Positions 18,202-28,553 are shown, numbered from the stretch's first letter. The stretch: DNA of 64,000 nucleotides from Candidatus Bathyarchaeota archaeon (GCA_963726255.1 CAVSBL010000002.1:288001-352000); one strand, 5' to 3'. Made by a program: numbers and translations. The notes: generated by a model not told the origin, from the sequence alone.

Positions 18202-18684
18202 ATGAGTGAGACACTAGAAAAATTGGAAAAACCCGAGAAGGCCGAAAAACCAGAGAAAGCCGAAAAACCAGAGAAAGCCGAGAAGAAGAGACTCATACTC
18301 GTCACTGGGAAAAGGAAGACCGCAATCGCACGAGCCGTAATCAAGACCGGTTCCGGAAATGCTTTCGTAAACGGAATTCCGCTTTCAACGTTCACGCCCG
18401 AGATCGCAAGAATGAAAATAATGGAACCCTTGGCGCTGTCGGGGGAGAGGGCGAAAGGAGTGGATATCAGCGTGAAGGTAAGCGGCGGGGGTTTCATGGG
18501 ACAAGCTGAAGCAGCCCGTATGGCGGTAGCAAAAGGTTTAGTTCAGTGGTCGCGCAGCTCGGAACTTAGAAAAACGCTGACTAATTACGACCGAACAATG
18601 CTTGCAGGCGACCCGCGGAGAAAGGAACCTAAGAAGTTCGGTGGGCCTGGAGCTAGGCGCCGAGAGCAAAAATCATACAGGTAG
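18202..18684 (+). CDS. rps9: 30S ribosomal protein uS9 with N-terminal (EKPEKA)3 repeat
   Basis: [42 protein letters not shown]...QKSYR. Confidence 0.97.
   Translation: MSETLEKLEKPEKAEKPEKAEKPEKAEKKRLILVTGKRKTAIARAVIKTGSGNAFVNGIPLSTFTPEIARMKIMEPLALSGERAKGVDISVKVSGGGFMGQAEAARMAVAKGLVQWSRSSELRKTLTNYDRTMLAGDPRRKEPKKFGGPGARRREQKSYR
18226..18279 (+). repeat. 18-bp coding tandem repeat, three copies
   Basis: gaaaaacccgagaaggcc / gaaaaaccagagaaagcc / gaaaaaccagagaaagcc. Confidence 0.95.
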
Positions 18685-18692
18685 AACAAGGT

Positions 18693-18917
18693 TTGATCAT
18701 ACCAGTACGCTGTTTCACTTGCGGAAAACTCGTAGCCGACCGCTGGGAAGAATTCGCACGGCGCGTCAAGGCAGGCGAGAAGCCGAAGACCGTTCTGGAC
18801 GACATGGGAATGACGAGGTATTGCTGCCGCCGCATGTTCATATCCCAAGTCGACGTAATAGACGACCTATTGCGCTACGCCCAAGTCACCGCTAAGAGAC
18901 GCGCACAATTCGAATAA
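18693..18917 (+). CDS. rpoN: RNA polymerase subunit N (Rpo10)
   Basis: [12 protein letters not shown]...RYCCRRM. Confidence 0.98.
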   Translation: MIIPVRCFTCGKLVADRWEEFARRVKAGEKPKTVLDDMGMTRYCCRRMFISQVDVIDDLLRYAQVTAKRRAQFE

Positions 18918-18934
18918 CCATAGAGCGTGCCAAC

Positions 18935-19600
18935 ATGTCTGAGATTGAAGAAAAAGAGGGAATGCCGAAGTCCGAGGACCTACTCCTCCCACTCGAAGAG
19001 CTACTCGCCGCAGGCCTACACATAGGTACCAGGATTAAGACTGGTGACATGGAACCTTACATCTACCGTGTCAGGCCCGACGGGCTATTCATACTAAACA
19101 TTGGGAAGACTGATGAGAAGATTCGCCTGGCGGCCCGCTTTATCGCACGCTTTGAGGAAGGACGTGCACTGATCGTTTCCTCTAGGCTTTATGGGAAAAC
19201 TCCCGTCGAGAAGTTCTGCGAGATAACGAAGACCGTTCCCATAATTGGCCGTTTCATGCCTGGCCTCATATCAAACCCCCTGCAACCGAACCATGCAGAC
19301 CCGCAAATCATTATGGTAACCGACCCGAGAGCGGATTGGCAGGCGATTAAGGAATCGTCCAGCGCCGGAGTTCCCGTCATTGCGCTCTGCGACACGGATA
19401 ACGTTTTCAGCGGAGTCGACCTCGCAATCCCAGTGAACAACAAAGGGCGACGCGCTTTGGCAATGGTTTACTGGTTGTTGTCACGCCAGGTGCTGCGTGA
19501 ACGAGGGGAACTCGCCCAAGACGGTACAATAACTGCTACTGTGGATGATTTCGAGACAAAGTTGGCAGCTATCGCCCCGAGAGCGGGCGGTGAGTTTTGA
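18935..19600 (+). CDS. rps2: 30S ribosomal protein uS2
   Basis: LAAGLHIGT, R.DGL, GRF.PG..SNP, DP.AD.QAI.E, CDTDN, NNKGR. Confidence 0.97.
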   Translation: MSEIEEKEGMPKSEDLLLPLEELLAAGLHIGTRIKTGDMEPYIYRVRPDGLFILNIGKTDEKIRLAARFIARFEEGRALIVSSRLYGKTPVEKFCEITKTVPIIGRFMPGLISNPLQPNHADPQIIMVTDPRADWQAIKESSSAGVPVIALCDTDNVFSGVDLAIPVNNKGRRALAMVYWLLSRQVLRERGELAQDGTITATVDDFETKLAAIAPRAGGEF

Positions 19601-20448
19601 AAACTCGGAAACCATATGTGGCGAACGCCTTCTACGCCGGAACGAAAACTGAACTAACAGAACAGATAATCAGTTGCTTCACCCACCGATTTGGCCCGGG
19701 GCAAGTTCCGAGGGTCGTCGAGCATGGCCCTAGGAAGATCGTCGGGTTAGTGTCGCCGCACGCAGGGTACATGTATTCGGGACCAGTGGCGGCGAATGGC
19801 TATAGCCGACTTGCGGCTGATGGGATGCCGGAAGTATTCATAATTCTTGGCCCTAACCACACGGGGTACGGAAGCGGGGTATCTATTCTGACTGAAGGTG
19901 CATGGGAAACTCCCCTCGGCGTCACCTCGGTAGATGGCGGCGTAGCGAAACAAATCCAGAAAGGGTGCGGCATTTTGGATGTTGATGAAGCCTCGCATTC
20001 CTCTGAGCATTCCATCGAGGTTCAATTGCCTTTCATTCAATTCCTTTTCAAGGATGCTCCTAGGTTCGTACCTATCTGCATGATGATGCAAGACCTGCAG
20101 ACGAGCCGAGACATAGCGAAGAGTATAGTTGAACAGTGCAAAGGCAAGAATTTCGTCATAATCGCATCAAGTGACATGACGCATTACGAAACCCATGAGA
20201 GCGCAAGCAGGAAGGACAAAGGGGCGATCGACGCAATCATCAACCTCGATGACCGGACGCTAAATGAACTAGGGGAAAGTAGCCGAGTAACCATGTGCGG
20301 ATACGGCCCAATCACAACGCTCATAGCCGCCGCAAAAATGCTGGGAGACGTCAAGCCGGAGTTCCTGGCTTACAAGACCAGCGGCGACATAACCGGCGAC
20401 AAAGGCGCGGTCGTCGGATATTCGTCTATAGTCTTCACTCGTGAATAG
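19597..20448 (+). CDS. MEMO1 family protein (AmmeMemoRadiSam protein B)
   Basis: PHAGYMYSG, GPNHTG, W.TPLG, EHSIEVQLPF, ASSDMTHY, MCG.GP, VVGY. Confidence 0.93.
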   Translation: MKTRKPYVANAFYAGTKTELTEQIISCFTHRFGPGQVPRVVEHGPRKIVGLVSPHAGYMYSGPVAANGYSRLAADGMPEVFIILGPNHTGYGSGVSILTEGAWETPLGVTSVDGGVAKQIQKGCGILDVDEASHSSEHSIEVQLPFIQFLFKDAPRFVPICMMMQDLQTSRDIAKSIVEQCKGKNFVIIASSDMTHYETHESASRKDKGAIDAIINLDDRTLNELGESSRVTMCGYGPITTLIAAAKMLGDVKPEFLAYKTSGDITGDKGAVVGYSSIVFTRE

Positions 20449-20629
20449 CCGCTGTAAGGAACGCACTCGTTACTCGATCGTACCTGAAGCTGCAGGAAGC
20501 CCCCTCTGTCGTTGATGTTTCCCGGTGAAGCGTGCTCGTAGGGAGCCTTTTGCCGGGAAAACATATATTTAAGACTAGACCTGCAGCATCGTTTTGCCTA
20601 GTGCAAATTAAGGATGAAGTGCTAATCTG

Positions 20630-21601
20630 TTGGCCAAGGCTACAGCCGTTGCTCATACTATTCAGGGTTTGTTAAAGTACCATGGCCTCAAGAACAAGAA
20701 ACTCCGGCTTCCGTTCCACGATAGCATCTCCGTTTGTGTAAAGGAACTGACGACGACGGCGACCGTTGATTTCAGCCCCCAGTACAATGAGGACATGATT
20801 CAGATTAACGGAGGCGTTGCGAAAGGCAATGAAGCGGAGCGGGTAATGGTCGTCATCGATGCCCTGCGAAGACTCGCAATGACCAAAGACCACGTGAAAA
20901 TAGTTAGTAGGAACAATCTCGAGAAGGCGAAGGGTGTCGGTTTTTCAGCGGCAGCCTTCGCATCGATTGCGTTCGCCGCAAACAATGCCCTCAACTTGAA
21001 GATTGACCTATCGCGCTTAAGCGAGATAGCACGCTTGGGAGCGGGATCTGCAAGTCGAAGCCTCGTCGGCGGTTTTTCCATCTGGTACGCCAACAAAAGA
21101 GGAAGATCGTTCGCCCAGCAGCTTGATGACGGGACGCATGTCAAGCTAGCAATGGGAATCGTGCCGTTGGCTTCACCCATAAAAACTGATATGGCGCACG
21201 ATGAGTCAACTACCTCACCTTTCTTCACCTCAAGGGTGAAATCCGTCAAAGCCGCTATCCCCAGAATGATTCACGCAATCAAGAAAGGGGACACTGCTGA
21301 AGTATGCAAGATTGCTGAAACAGATTCACTTAGCCTGCACGCAGTCACCATGACAGGTCGGCAAGGGCTTGTCCTCGTATCCCCTGAGACGATCAACGTA
21401 ATCCGAAGGGTCAGGACGTTGCGGGAAGAGAAAGGTATCCCGGTTTGGTATTCGATGGACACCGGTCCTTCAGTGTTTCTGAACACCCAGCCGGAATACT
21501 TGGACAAAGTATGCGACGATATCGAGGGCAGCCTTAACGTCCCTATCATAAGAAGTGGGGTCGGGGGCGCGGCACACGCATTTGACCAGCATCTCTTCTA
21601 G
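20630..21601 (+). CDS. mvaD: Phosphomevalonate decarboxylase-like (haloarchaeal MvaD type), copy 1
   Basis: KATAVAHTIQGLLKYHG..N.KLRLPFHDSISVC, ARLGAGSASRS, DSLSLHAVTMTG, YSMDTGPSV. Confidence 0.8.
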   Translation: MAKATAVAHTIQGLLKYHGLKNKKLRLPFHDSISVCVKELTTTATVDFSPQYNEDMIQINGGVAKGNEAERVMVVIDALRRLAMTKDHVKIVSRNNLEKAKGVGFSAAAFASIAFAANNALNLKIDLSRLSEIARLGAGSASRSLVGGFSIWYANKRGRSFAQQLDDGTHVKLAMGIVPLASPIKTDMAHDESTTSPFFTSRVKSVKAAIPRMIHAIKKGDTAEVCKIAETDSLSLHAVTMTGRQGLVLVSPETINVIRRVRTLREEKGIPVWYSMDTGPSVFLNTQPEYLDKVCDDIEGSLNVPIIRSGVGGAAHAFDQHLF

Positions 21602-21699
21602 CGGAGATACTTCGCTTCGACCGGCCAACGATGATTCTTGACAAACGTTTCGCATGATTTTTCTACTGGCTACGCAGAAAGTAATCAAGGGAGTGAACA

Positions 21700-22632
21700 T
21701 TGGGAGAAGGTGTCGGATTCGGGAAGGTCATTCTCTTCAATGAGCATTTCGTAGTGTACGGCCTCCCGGCAATAGCGTCAGCGATTGGATCTAAGACGAC
21801 CGCACTTGTTGAAAGACAAACGGGCTCAGGAGTAGAGCTGCAGGATGACAGGCCTGAGACGCCGGGTTACAAGGCAGAGAAGCTCGCTGAGCAGAAGGAA
21901 TCCTTGGACAAGATGCTCAGGTTTATGCAAGTTGACGCGGATCGCAATCATTTCAAGATCATACTAGCTGGCGATCTGATTGCTGCAAGTGGCGTCGGAG
22001 CTAGTGCCGCCTCCTGCGCCGCAATTGCGCGCGCATTTTCGGATGAGTTGGGCTTACATTTTTCTGATGAACGAATAAACGAGATTGCTTACGAGGGAGA
22101 AAAGGGGTACCATGGTACGCCATCCGGAATCGATAACACGGCAGCCACATACGGGGGTTTGATATGGTTCAAGCGAGAGCCAAATTCGCAACGAATGGAA
22201 CGCATGAAACTTAGGAAGTCGGTGGAAATTGTGATGGGCAACACAGGCATAACTGCTGACACGAAAGACGTAGTCGGAGGTGTGAAGGAGCGAAGAGAGA
22301 AGGAGCCTGAAAAGTATGCGCCCTTATTCGATGAAGCCGCCCAGCTGGTTGAAGATGCAAAGAAGCAACTCGAAGCGTTCGACCTCAACAGGGTCGGTGT
22401 CCTCATGAACAGAAACCACGAGCTGCTGCAGCAGATAGGTGTGTCATGCAATGAGCTAGACATGCTAGTGAACCTAGCCCGAGATAATGGCGCATTAGGA
22501 GCTAAGATGACGGGAACTGGACGGGGAGGCTACATGTTGGCGTTGACCCCCGGCTTAGAGCTACAACAACACGTCGCAGCTGAAATTGAGAAGAAGGGTT
22601 TTCAAGCCCTGCGCACCACGATCGGTATCTAG
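21700..22632 (+). CDS. mvk: Mevalonate kinase
   Basis: GKVILFNEHFVVYG.PAIA, SGVGASAA, HGTPSGIDN, GAKMTGTGRGG. Confidence 0.93.
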   Translation: MGEGVGFGKVILFNEHFVVYGLPAIASAIGSKTTALVERQTGSGVELQDDRPETPGYKAEKLAEQKESLDKMLRFMQVDADRNHFKIILAGDLIAASGVGASAASCAAIARAFSDELGLHFSDERINEIAYEGEKGYHGTPSGIDNTAATYGGLIWFKREPNSQRMERMKLRKSVEIVMGNTGITADTKDVVGGVKERREKEPEKYAPLFDEAAQLVEDAKKQLEAFDLNRVGVLMNRNHELLQQIGVSCNELDMLVNLARDNGALGAKMTGTGRGGYMLALTPGLELQQHVAAEIEKKGFQALRTTIGI

Positions 22633-22652
22633 ACGCTTAGGTACCTTTAGCG

Positions 22653-23948
22653 GTGAATCAGATGGAGATAGCGAATTTTCTCAAGACCCTTGAGGAAAGG
22701 GGTCTTCTGATTAGAATAAGCAAACCAGTTGATCCGAAGTACGAAATCTCGACGCTAATGAAGATGTTAGACGGGCGTGTTGTCCTCTTCGATCACGTCA
22801 ACGGATTCAGCATGCCAGTCGTAGCAAATGTCTGCTCTACACGCGACCTAGTCGCAATGGGGTTGGGAACGACGAGAGAGAAACTCATGTCGAAACTCAC
22901 CGACGCAATCGACCACCCCAAGAAAGCGAAGATAATCGAGGCGGAAGGCTACCAGAACATTGGAGCCGACCTTCGTCTCCTGCCCATATTGACACATTAC
23001 CCTAAGGACGGGGGTCCATACATATCCTCTGGCATCGTTGCATCCGAAGACAAAGAATACGGCGTCAACCTCTCCTACCATCGCGCCCAAGTCCTAGGAA
23101 GCGACTTGCTGGTCCTACGAATTCTTGAGAGGCATTTCGATTCTTACATCAAGCGAGGGTTGAAGGACTTTGCGTTCTGTATATCATCGCCCGTGCAGGT
23201 TCTAGTTAGCGGAGCGATATCGGTAGACGTCGGGATTAGTGAAGCGGACATTGCCAACGCACTGGAAGAGACTCCTCTCGTGAAACTTGACGGACATTTG
23301 GTTCCCCCTTCGGGCATCGTAATTATTGCCGAATTGACCGGTGAGCTTCACGAAGAAGGCCCATTCCTTGACTTAACCGAAACCTTCGACATCATACGCA
23401 AACAAAGAGTTGCTAAAGTCAAGAAGATATACGTCAAGAAAGGCGCGATGTATCACGCACTGCTTCCAGGTGGGCTCGAGCATAGAGTACTAATGGGAAT
23501 GCCGAGGGAGCCCACGATCTACAGAGAGGTCGCAAAGGTTTGCGACGTCAAAGATGTTCTGGTTACGTCTGGGGGCTGCTCTTGGCTGCATGGTGTCGTG
23601 AGCATACACAAGCGGAATCCAGACGACGCTCCAAAGGCCATAGAGGCCGCCTTCAAAGGCCACAAATCAATGAAACACGTCTTCATCGTGAACGATGATA
23701 TTAACATCCACGATCCCAACGAAATTGAATGGGCAATGGCAACTCGTTTTCAAGCGGACAAGAACATGATCATGAAAAGAGAAAAAGGGTCTTCACTCGA
23801 CCCATCCTCCGAGATGGATACACAGATGACCTGCAAAGTCGGGTTCGACATGACGATACCTGAAGGCAGCAAAAAGGAGTTCAAACGCCCCGAACTTCCA
23901 ATGAAACTAAACCTCAACGATTACGTAGGATCCGAATCCCGCAGGTGA
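22653..23948 (+). CDS. UbiD-family decarboxylase, likely anhydromevalonate phosphate decarboxylase (AMPD)
   Basis: DGGPYI, N.SYHR, EGPF.DLT.T.D, EH..LMGMPREP, GGCSWLH, AF.GH.SMK, SSLDPS; between mvk and PMDh subunits. Confidence 0.87.
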   Translation: MNQMEIANFLKTLEERGLLIRISKPVDPKYEISTLMKMLDGRVVLFDHVNGFSMPVVANVCSTRDLVAMGLGTTREKLMSKLTDAIDHPKKAKIIEAEGYQNIGADLRLLPILTHYPKDGGPYISSGIVASEDKEYGVNLSYHRAQVLGSDLLVLRILERHFDSYIKRGLKDFAFCISSPVQVLVSGAISVDVGISEADIANALEETPLVKLDGHLVPPSGIVIIAELTGELHEEGPFLDLTETFDIIRKQRVAKVKKIYVKKGAMYHALLPGGLEHRVLMGMPREPTIYREVAKVCDVKDVLVTSGGCSWLHGVVSIHKRNPDDAPKAIEAAFKGHKSMKHVFIVNDDINIHDPNEIEWAMATRFQADKNMIMKREKGSSLDPSSEMDTQMTCKVGFDMTIPEGSKKEFKRPELPMKLNLNDYVGSESRR

Positions 23949-25138
23949 AAATGATGTACTTGACGAAAAATGAAGAATTGATGCTATCGGGAGGAAACGG
24001 GGAGGTTGTAGAGCGGATGTTCCGCTTGCTTGTCAGCCTCGGAGATATTTACGGCGCTGACAGGATGATTCCAGTCAGCTCGGCGCAGGTCGCGGGAGTC
24101 TCGTACAAATCCATAGGTGATCCGGGCGTAGACTTCTTGGAAGATTATGCGGAGAAAGGCGCTGTTGCAAAAATAGTGACATTCCTCAATCCGGCAGGAA
24201 TGGACATTGAAGATTGGCAACAAATGAACATTCCTCCCAGCTTCGCTGAGAAGCAGCTGCGAATCATGGACGCGTTCAAGAAGATGGGCATCGTTATCAG
24301 CGCAACCTGCACCCCCTACTTGGCCGGAAACCTTCCAAGGTTCGGAGAACACATCGCTTGGTCCGAGTCGTCAGCCATCTCCTTTTCAAATTCGGTCATA
24401 GGCGCGCGAACCAACCGGGAAGGAGGGCCATCAGCCTTAGCCGCCTCACTATGCGGAGTTACCCCAAACTACGGCCTGCACTTGGACGAGAACAGAAGAC
24501 CTCAGGTTCTTGTTGATGTCAGTGCCAAACTGGAGGACAACGCAGATTATGGCGCACTAGGCTACGTCGTAGGGAAAATTGTGAAGAACAGAATTCCTTA
24601 CTTCACAGGAATCAAAGAAGCCGACACCGACCAATTGAAGGCATTGGGGGCTGCGATGGCAGCCTCAGGCGCGGTGGCACTGTATCACATTGAGAACCTG
24701 ACTCCTGAGGCGCGAGCGATGACAACCAAGGGATTAGAAAGACTGTCGGTGACCGACAAAGACTTGGACGAAACCTTCTCGAAACTCTCGACAGGAAAGG
24801 AACCCGACATTGTGATTCTCGGATGCCCACACTCCTCATTGAAGGAAATAATGACCATTTCCCGAAAGGTAGAAGGAAAGAAGTTGAAGAAACCATTGTG
24901 GGTCTGCACATCAAGAATGGTGAAAGAAGCCGCGAACCGCATGGGATTCACTCAAACCATTGAGGCAGCGGGAGGGAGAGTAGTTGCCGATACGTGCATG
25001 GTGGTCTCACCCATCGAGGATATGGGCTATAGAACAACCGGTGTCAACTCGGGCAAAGCGGCAAACTATCTACCAGGTTTCTGCAAACAGAACGTCGTAT
25101 TCACTAGGCTAGACAAACTAGTTGAGCAGTTGACCTAG
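23945..25138 (+). CDS. Aconitase X large subunit, likely phosphomevalonate dehydratase PMDh-L
   Basis: GVSYKSIGD.G, TCTPY, WSESSA...NS..GARTNREGGP, GCPH, DTCMVVSP. Confidence 0.9.
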   Translation: MKMMYLTKNEELMLSGGNGEVVERMFRLLVSLGDIYGADRMIPVSSAQVAGVSYKSIGDPGVDFLEDYAEKGAVAKIVTFLNPAGMDIEDWQQMNIPPSFAEKQLRIMDAFKKMGIVISATCTPYLAGNLPRFGEHIAWSESSAISFSNSVIGARTNREGGPSALAASLCGVTPNYGLHLDENRRPQVLVDVSAKLEDNADYGALGYVVGKIVKNRIPYFTGIKEADTDQLKALGAAMAASGAVALYHIENLTPEARAMTTKGLERLSVTDKDLDETFSKLSTGKEPDIVILGCPHSSLKEIMTISRKVEGKKLKKPLWVCTSRMVKEAANRMGFTQTIEAAGGRVVADTCMVVSPIEDMGYRTTGVNSGKAANYLPGFCKQNVVFTRLDKLVEQLT

Positions 25139-25155
25139 GACCAGCGTGAACCAGA

Positions 25156-25560
25156 ATGGAAACTCTCAAGGGAAGAACAATAAGCCCCGGGAAGGTTGAA
25201 GGCGAAAGCCTCGTATCGAAAGAGCCGATCGGGTTCTATGGCGGCGTCGATCCCAAGACAGGTCTCTTCATAGAAAAGGGGCATGAACTGGAAGGTAAAT
25301 CGGTCAGAGGCAAGATCCTAGTATTCCCGTGTGGGAAAGGCTCCACCGTGGGCTCATACGTTATCTACGGCCTCGCCAAGAACAATCAAGCCCCACTTGC
25401 AATTGTGAATAAAGAGACCGAAACCATAGTAGCCACCGGCGTAATCCTAGCCGGTGTCCCTTGCGTCGACAAAATTCCGGTTGAGAAAATAGCGACGGGT
25501 GACCATTTGATCGTCGACGCAACCGCGGGGACCGTGTCAATAATCAGGCCCGTTCAGTAA
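25156..25560 (+). CDS. Aconitase X small (DUF126) subunit, PMDh-S
   Basis: FYGGVDP.TG, H.L.G.S..GKILVFP.GKGSTVGSY. Confidence 0.9.
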   Translation: METLKGRTISPGKVEGESLVSKEPIGFYGGVDPKTGLFIEKGHELEGKSVRGKILVFPCGKGSTVGSYVIYGLAKNNQAPLAIVNKETETIVATGVILAGVPCVDKIPVEKIATGDHLIVDATAGTVSIIRPVQ

Positions 25561-25741
25561 CTGCAAGTGCTAGAACAACTGAGAGCATAGGCCGAGAGGA
25601 TGGTCGTTCATATGCTCGAACAAGTTCTGGATTCAGCAATGAGTATGATCGGATGTCAGGCTGTTGAAAGGTCGTTTCGAGAAGACTGCAATATACCTAA
25701 ACTTCAAAGCTGATGAATTGTAATCAGTAAGATGATGGCAC

Positions 25742-27010
25742 TTGGTTAAGAGTTCGGAGCTTTCCGGTTTCTACAAGCTTCCCATAGCGGAGAGGGTGCG
25801 AATGCTCAAGGAGTTCGCTGGATTGACCGAAGAGGAAGTTGGTTTGCTCCAGAAACCTGGGGCGCTTGGCTTTGACGTTGCTAACCGCATGGTCGAAAAT
25901 TTAGTGGGTGTTATGCCAGTTCCGCTCGGTGTAGCAGTTAATTTCCTAATCAACGGAAGAGACGTCGTAGTCCCTATGGCTATTGAAGAACCGTCGGTTA
26001 TAGCGGCTGCCAGCAATTCAGCCAAAATGAGCAGGCCGAAGGGCGGTTTCCATGCAACTTCCACGGACCCAATTATGATTGGGCAGATACAAATCGTCGG
26101 CGTTCAAGATGCGCATAGGGCTCGCTTCGAAATACTCGCACACAAAGCGGAGATTATGAAACATGCAAACGAACAGGATCCAGTCCTTGTCTCCCTAGGT
26201 GGGGGGGCCCGCGATTTAGAGGTACGAATCATCGACACATTCCTCGGAAAGATGGTCATCGCTGAGCTACTGGTTGACTGTCGAGACGCCATGGGTGCGA
26301 ACGCGGTGAACACCATGGTGGAAGCTGTTGCTCCCATAGCTGAGCGGGTTTCAGGCGGACGAGTTTACTTACGTATAATTTCCAACTTGGCCGTGAAACG
26401 TCTCGCCCGTGCCAAAGCAACATTTACGAAAGAGGCGTTGGGCGGCGAAGAAGTTGTTGACGGGATAGTGAACGCATACGCATTCGCTGCCGCAGACCCA
26501 TACAGATGCGCGACCCACAACAAAGGAATAATGAACGGCGCATCGGCTGTCGTACTCGCCACGGGCAATGACACCAGAGCGATTGAAGCCGGGGCCCACG
26601 CATATGCGGCTCGTTCGGGTCACTACACCTCGTTGACAACTTGGGAGAAGGACCGCAACGGTGACCTAGTCGGGACTATAGAGATGCCAATGGCGGTTGG
26701 ACTGGTTGGAGGAGCCACGGCCTCGAACCCAGTTGCAAAGTTGGGCGTGAAAATTCTCGGCGTTAAGTCGGCGAAGGAATTAGCTGAAGTAATTGTCTCA
26801 GTCGGACTAGCGCAAAACCTTGCGGCCCTTAGGGCGCTATCGGCCGAAGGGATCCAACGCGGCCACATGAATCTTCATGCCCGCAACATCGCAATTAGCG
26901 CTGGCGCGACCGGTGACCTTATCGACAAAGTCAGCGAACAAATGGTGGCTGAAAAAAAGATTCGAGTTGATCGGGCGAAAGAGCTGCTGGAAAAATACGC
27001 TAAGCGCTAG
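25742..27010 (+). CDS. mvaA: HMG-CoA reductase, class II ('degradative' type)
   Basis: SGFYKL, ENLVG, EEPSVIAAAS, DAMGANAVN, R.ATHNKGIMNG, GND.RAIEAG.H, GIQRGHM.LH. Confidence 0.93.
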   Translation: MVKSSELSGFYKLPIAERVRMLKEFAGLTEEEVGLLQKPGALGFDVANRMVENLVGVMPVPLGVAVNFLINGRDVVVPMAIEEPSVIAAASNSAKMSRPKGGFHATSTDPIMIGQIQIVGVQDAHRARFEILAHKAEIMKHANEQDPVLVSLGGGARDLEVRIIDTFLGKMVIAELLVDCRDAMGANAVNTMVEAVAPIAERVSGGRVYLRIISNLAVKRLARAKATFTKEALGGEEVVDGIVNAYAFAAADPYRCATHNKGIMNGASAVVLATGNDTRAIEAGAHAYAARSGHYTSLTTWEKDRNGDLVGTIEMPMAVGLVGGATASNPVAKLGVKILGVKSAKELAEVIVSVGLAQNLAALRALSAEGIQRGHMNLHARNIAISAGATGDLIDKVSEQMVAEKKIRVDRAKELLEKYAKR

Positions 27011-27350
27011 TTGTAGGCGTTTCTAGTTCAACGAGCGTTTCCATGCGGCGAATTTTCGGGATAGCGTCTTTCTCCATCCATTCAGAGATCGTGTCGTAGA
27101 CCTTCCTGTAATACTTCTTTGTTGCATGCTTGACTATCCCAAGCCGCTCCATTCTTCGGACGTATCGCCATTTCATGCTTCGTGAGATTTTGTCGCCCAT
27201 GAGGCGGTCGATGTCAACTTTCTTGAAAACCTTGGGCAGGTGAGCGAAGGTTCCAACGATCTCCTTCGGAAAGGCGGTCAGAGACTCTTTCGATAGTTTC
27301 CGTTTACCGCGCGAATCAATGCCGCGCAACCTACCGCCGTTAACTCTCAA
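27000..27350 (-). CDS. Hypothetical basic protein
   Basis: 116-aa ORF filling the gap after DGGGPS; no recognised motif. Confidence 0.55.
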   Translation of the reverse strand: MRVNGGRLRGIDSRGKRKLSKESLTAFPKEIVGTFAHLPKVFKKVDIDRLMGDKISRSMKWRYVRRMERLGIVKHATKKYYRKVYDTISEWMEKDAIPKIRRMETLVELETPTTSA

Positions 27351-27438
27351 GACAATGCCTTCTCAGTGAACGGTACGGCTCTGATATCATAAAAACGTTA
27401 TGAGCGACACTGTCACGCGAAAATGCTCGTGAACCGCC

Positions 27439-28296
27439 TCATATTGTCCCAAGTATGAAGGCTAATAGACCGAACGTCATCCACACGAGCACGTAGTTCT
27501 TGCTGCGTTTAGCGTTCTTAGGGCTGGAGTTTGCCAGTATGGAATATGCGGTTAGTAGAAACCCGATGTCACATATGGCGACCAAAGGAATGTAATAGTA
27601 TGAAACCATTCCCAAGATTAGGGGTAGTCCGCTGAGGGCTACTGCAGCAACAAATAGAGCCGCGCCGTACTTTGCGGCTTTGGCATTTCCTTTTGTCGCA
27701 GCTAACGATTTAACTCCCTTAGCGGTGTCGCCCGAGACGTCAACTATCCCCTTAACAATTTCTCGTCCTATGCTTGAGAGGAAAGCGAGGAGGGAAAAAA
27801 TTCCCAATGACCAAGTAGGACTTCCCACGACGAACCCTCCGTAAATAAAAGGAATTGCCACATTCGTGCTGACGAGGGCATTGCCCAAGAGGCCTGTCTT
27901 CTTGAGCCTCGAATTATACAAGACCATGATGATTACACTCACGGTAGCAATCACGAGTGCTCCTGATCCGGAATTCCCTGCAGACCAGAAACCGATTGCA
28001 GTTAAGATCAACGAGAACGAGAGAGCTTCAGCGGGCTTTATCACTCCGGCCGGTATGGGTCGCTCCGGTTCGTTGATGCTGTCAATTTCCCGGTCGAAGT
28101 AGTCGTTCAAAACCATTGACGCGGCTAAAAGAAGGAAACCGGTCATAAACCCATAGAATGCGGCTCTCACTGGCACAGTGGTTGAAGCCATTACTTCTCC
28201 TACGATTACGGCAAAACCAATCATGACACAGTTAGGTAGGCGCATCATGGAAAGTAGGCCCACGAGTTTTCGGGTAGGTGAAACGTACGATTGCAA
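27439..28296 (-). CDS. Digeranylgeranylglyceryl phosphate synthase (UbiA family)
   Basis: R..NC, NDYFDREID.IN.P.RPIP.G, LK..GL.GN, REIVKGI.D..GD...G. Confidence 0.9.
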   Translation of the reverse strand: MQSYVSPTRKLVGLLSMMRLPNCVMIGFAVIVGEVMASTTVPVRAAFYGFMTGFLLLAASMVLNDYFDREIDSINEPERPIPAGVIKPAEALSFSLILTAIGFWSAGNSGSGALVIATVSVIIMVLYNSRLKKTGLLGNALVSTNVAIPFIYGGFVVGSPTWSLGIFSLLAFLSSIGREIVKGIVDVSGDTAKGVKSLAATKGNAKAAKYGAALFVAAVALSGLPLILGMVSYYYIPLVAICDIGFLLTAYSILANSSPKNAKRSKNYVLVWMTFGLLAFILGTI

Positions 28297-28553
28297 TAGG
28301 CCCGCCTTCGCCGTTGAAGTTCAACCTTCAAACGCAAGCGGTCTTAATAGTATTTCAGCCACGCTTGGAATTCTAGTCCTTGCTCGTGTTTGGGAATGCG
28401 CGGATTTTTGCTTGGATTCTTGTAATGACGATCTCTGGACGCAACACCGCGAAACCCGTTCACACTGCCCGCTAGTGCGAATAGCTGTTCAAGCAGTTGA
28501 CGAAGTGGGGCGCAAAACGGAAAATGTTCGACGATAACTGCAGTTTGACGTAC

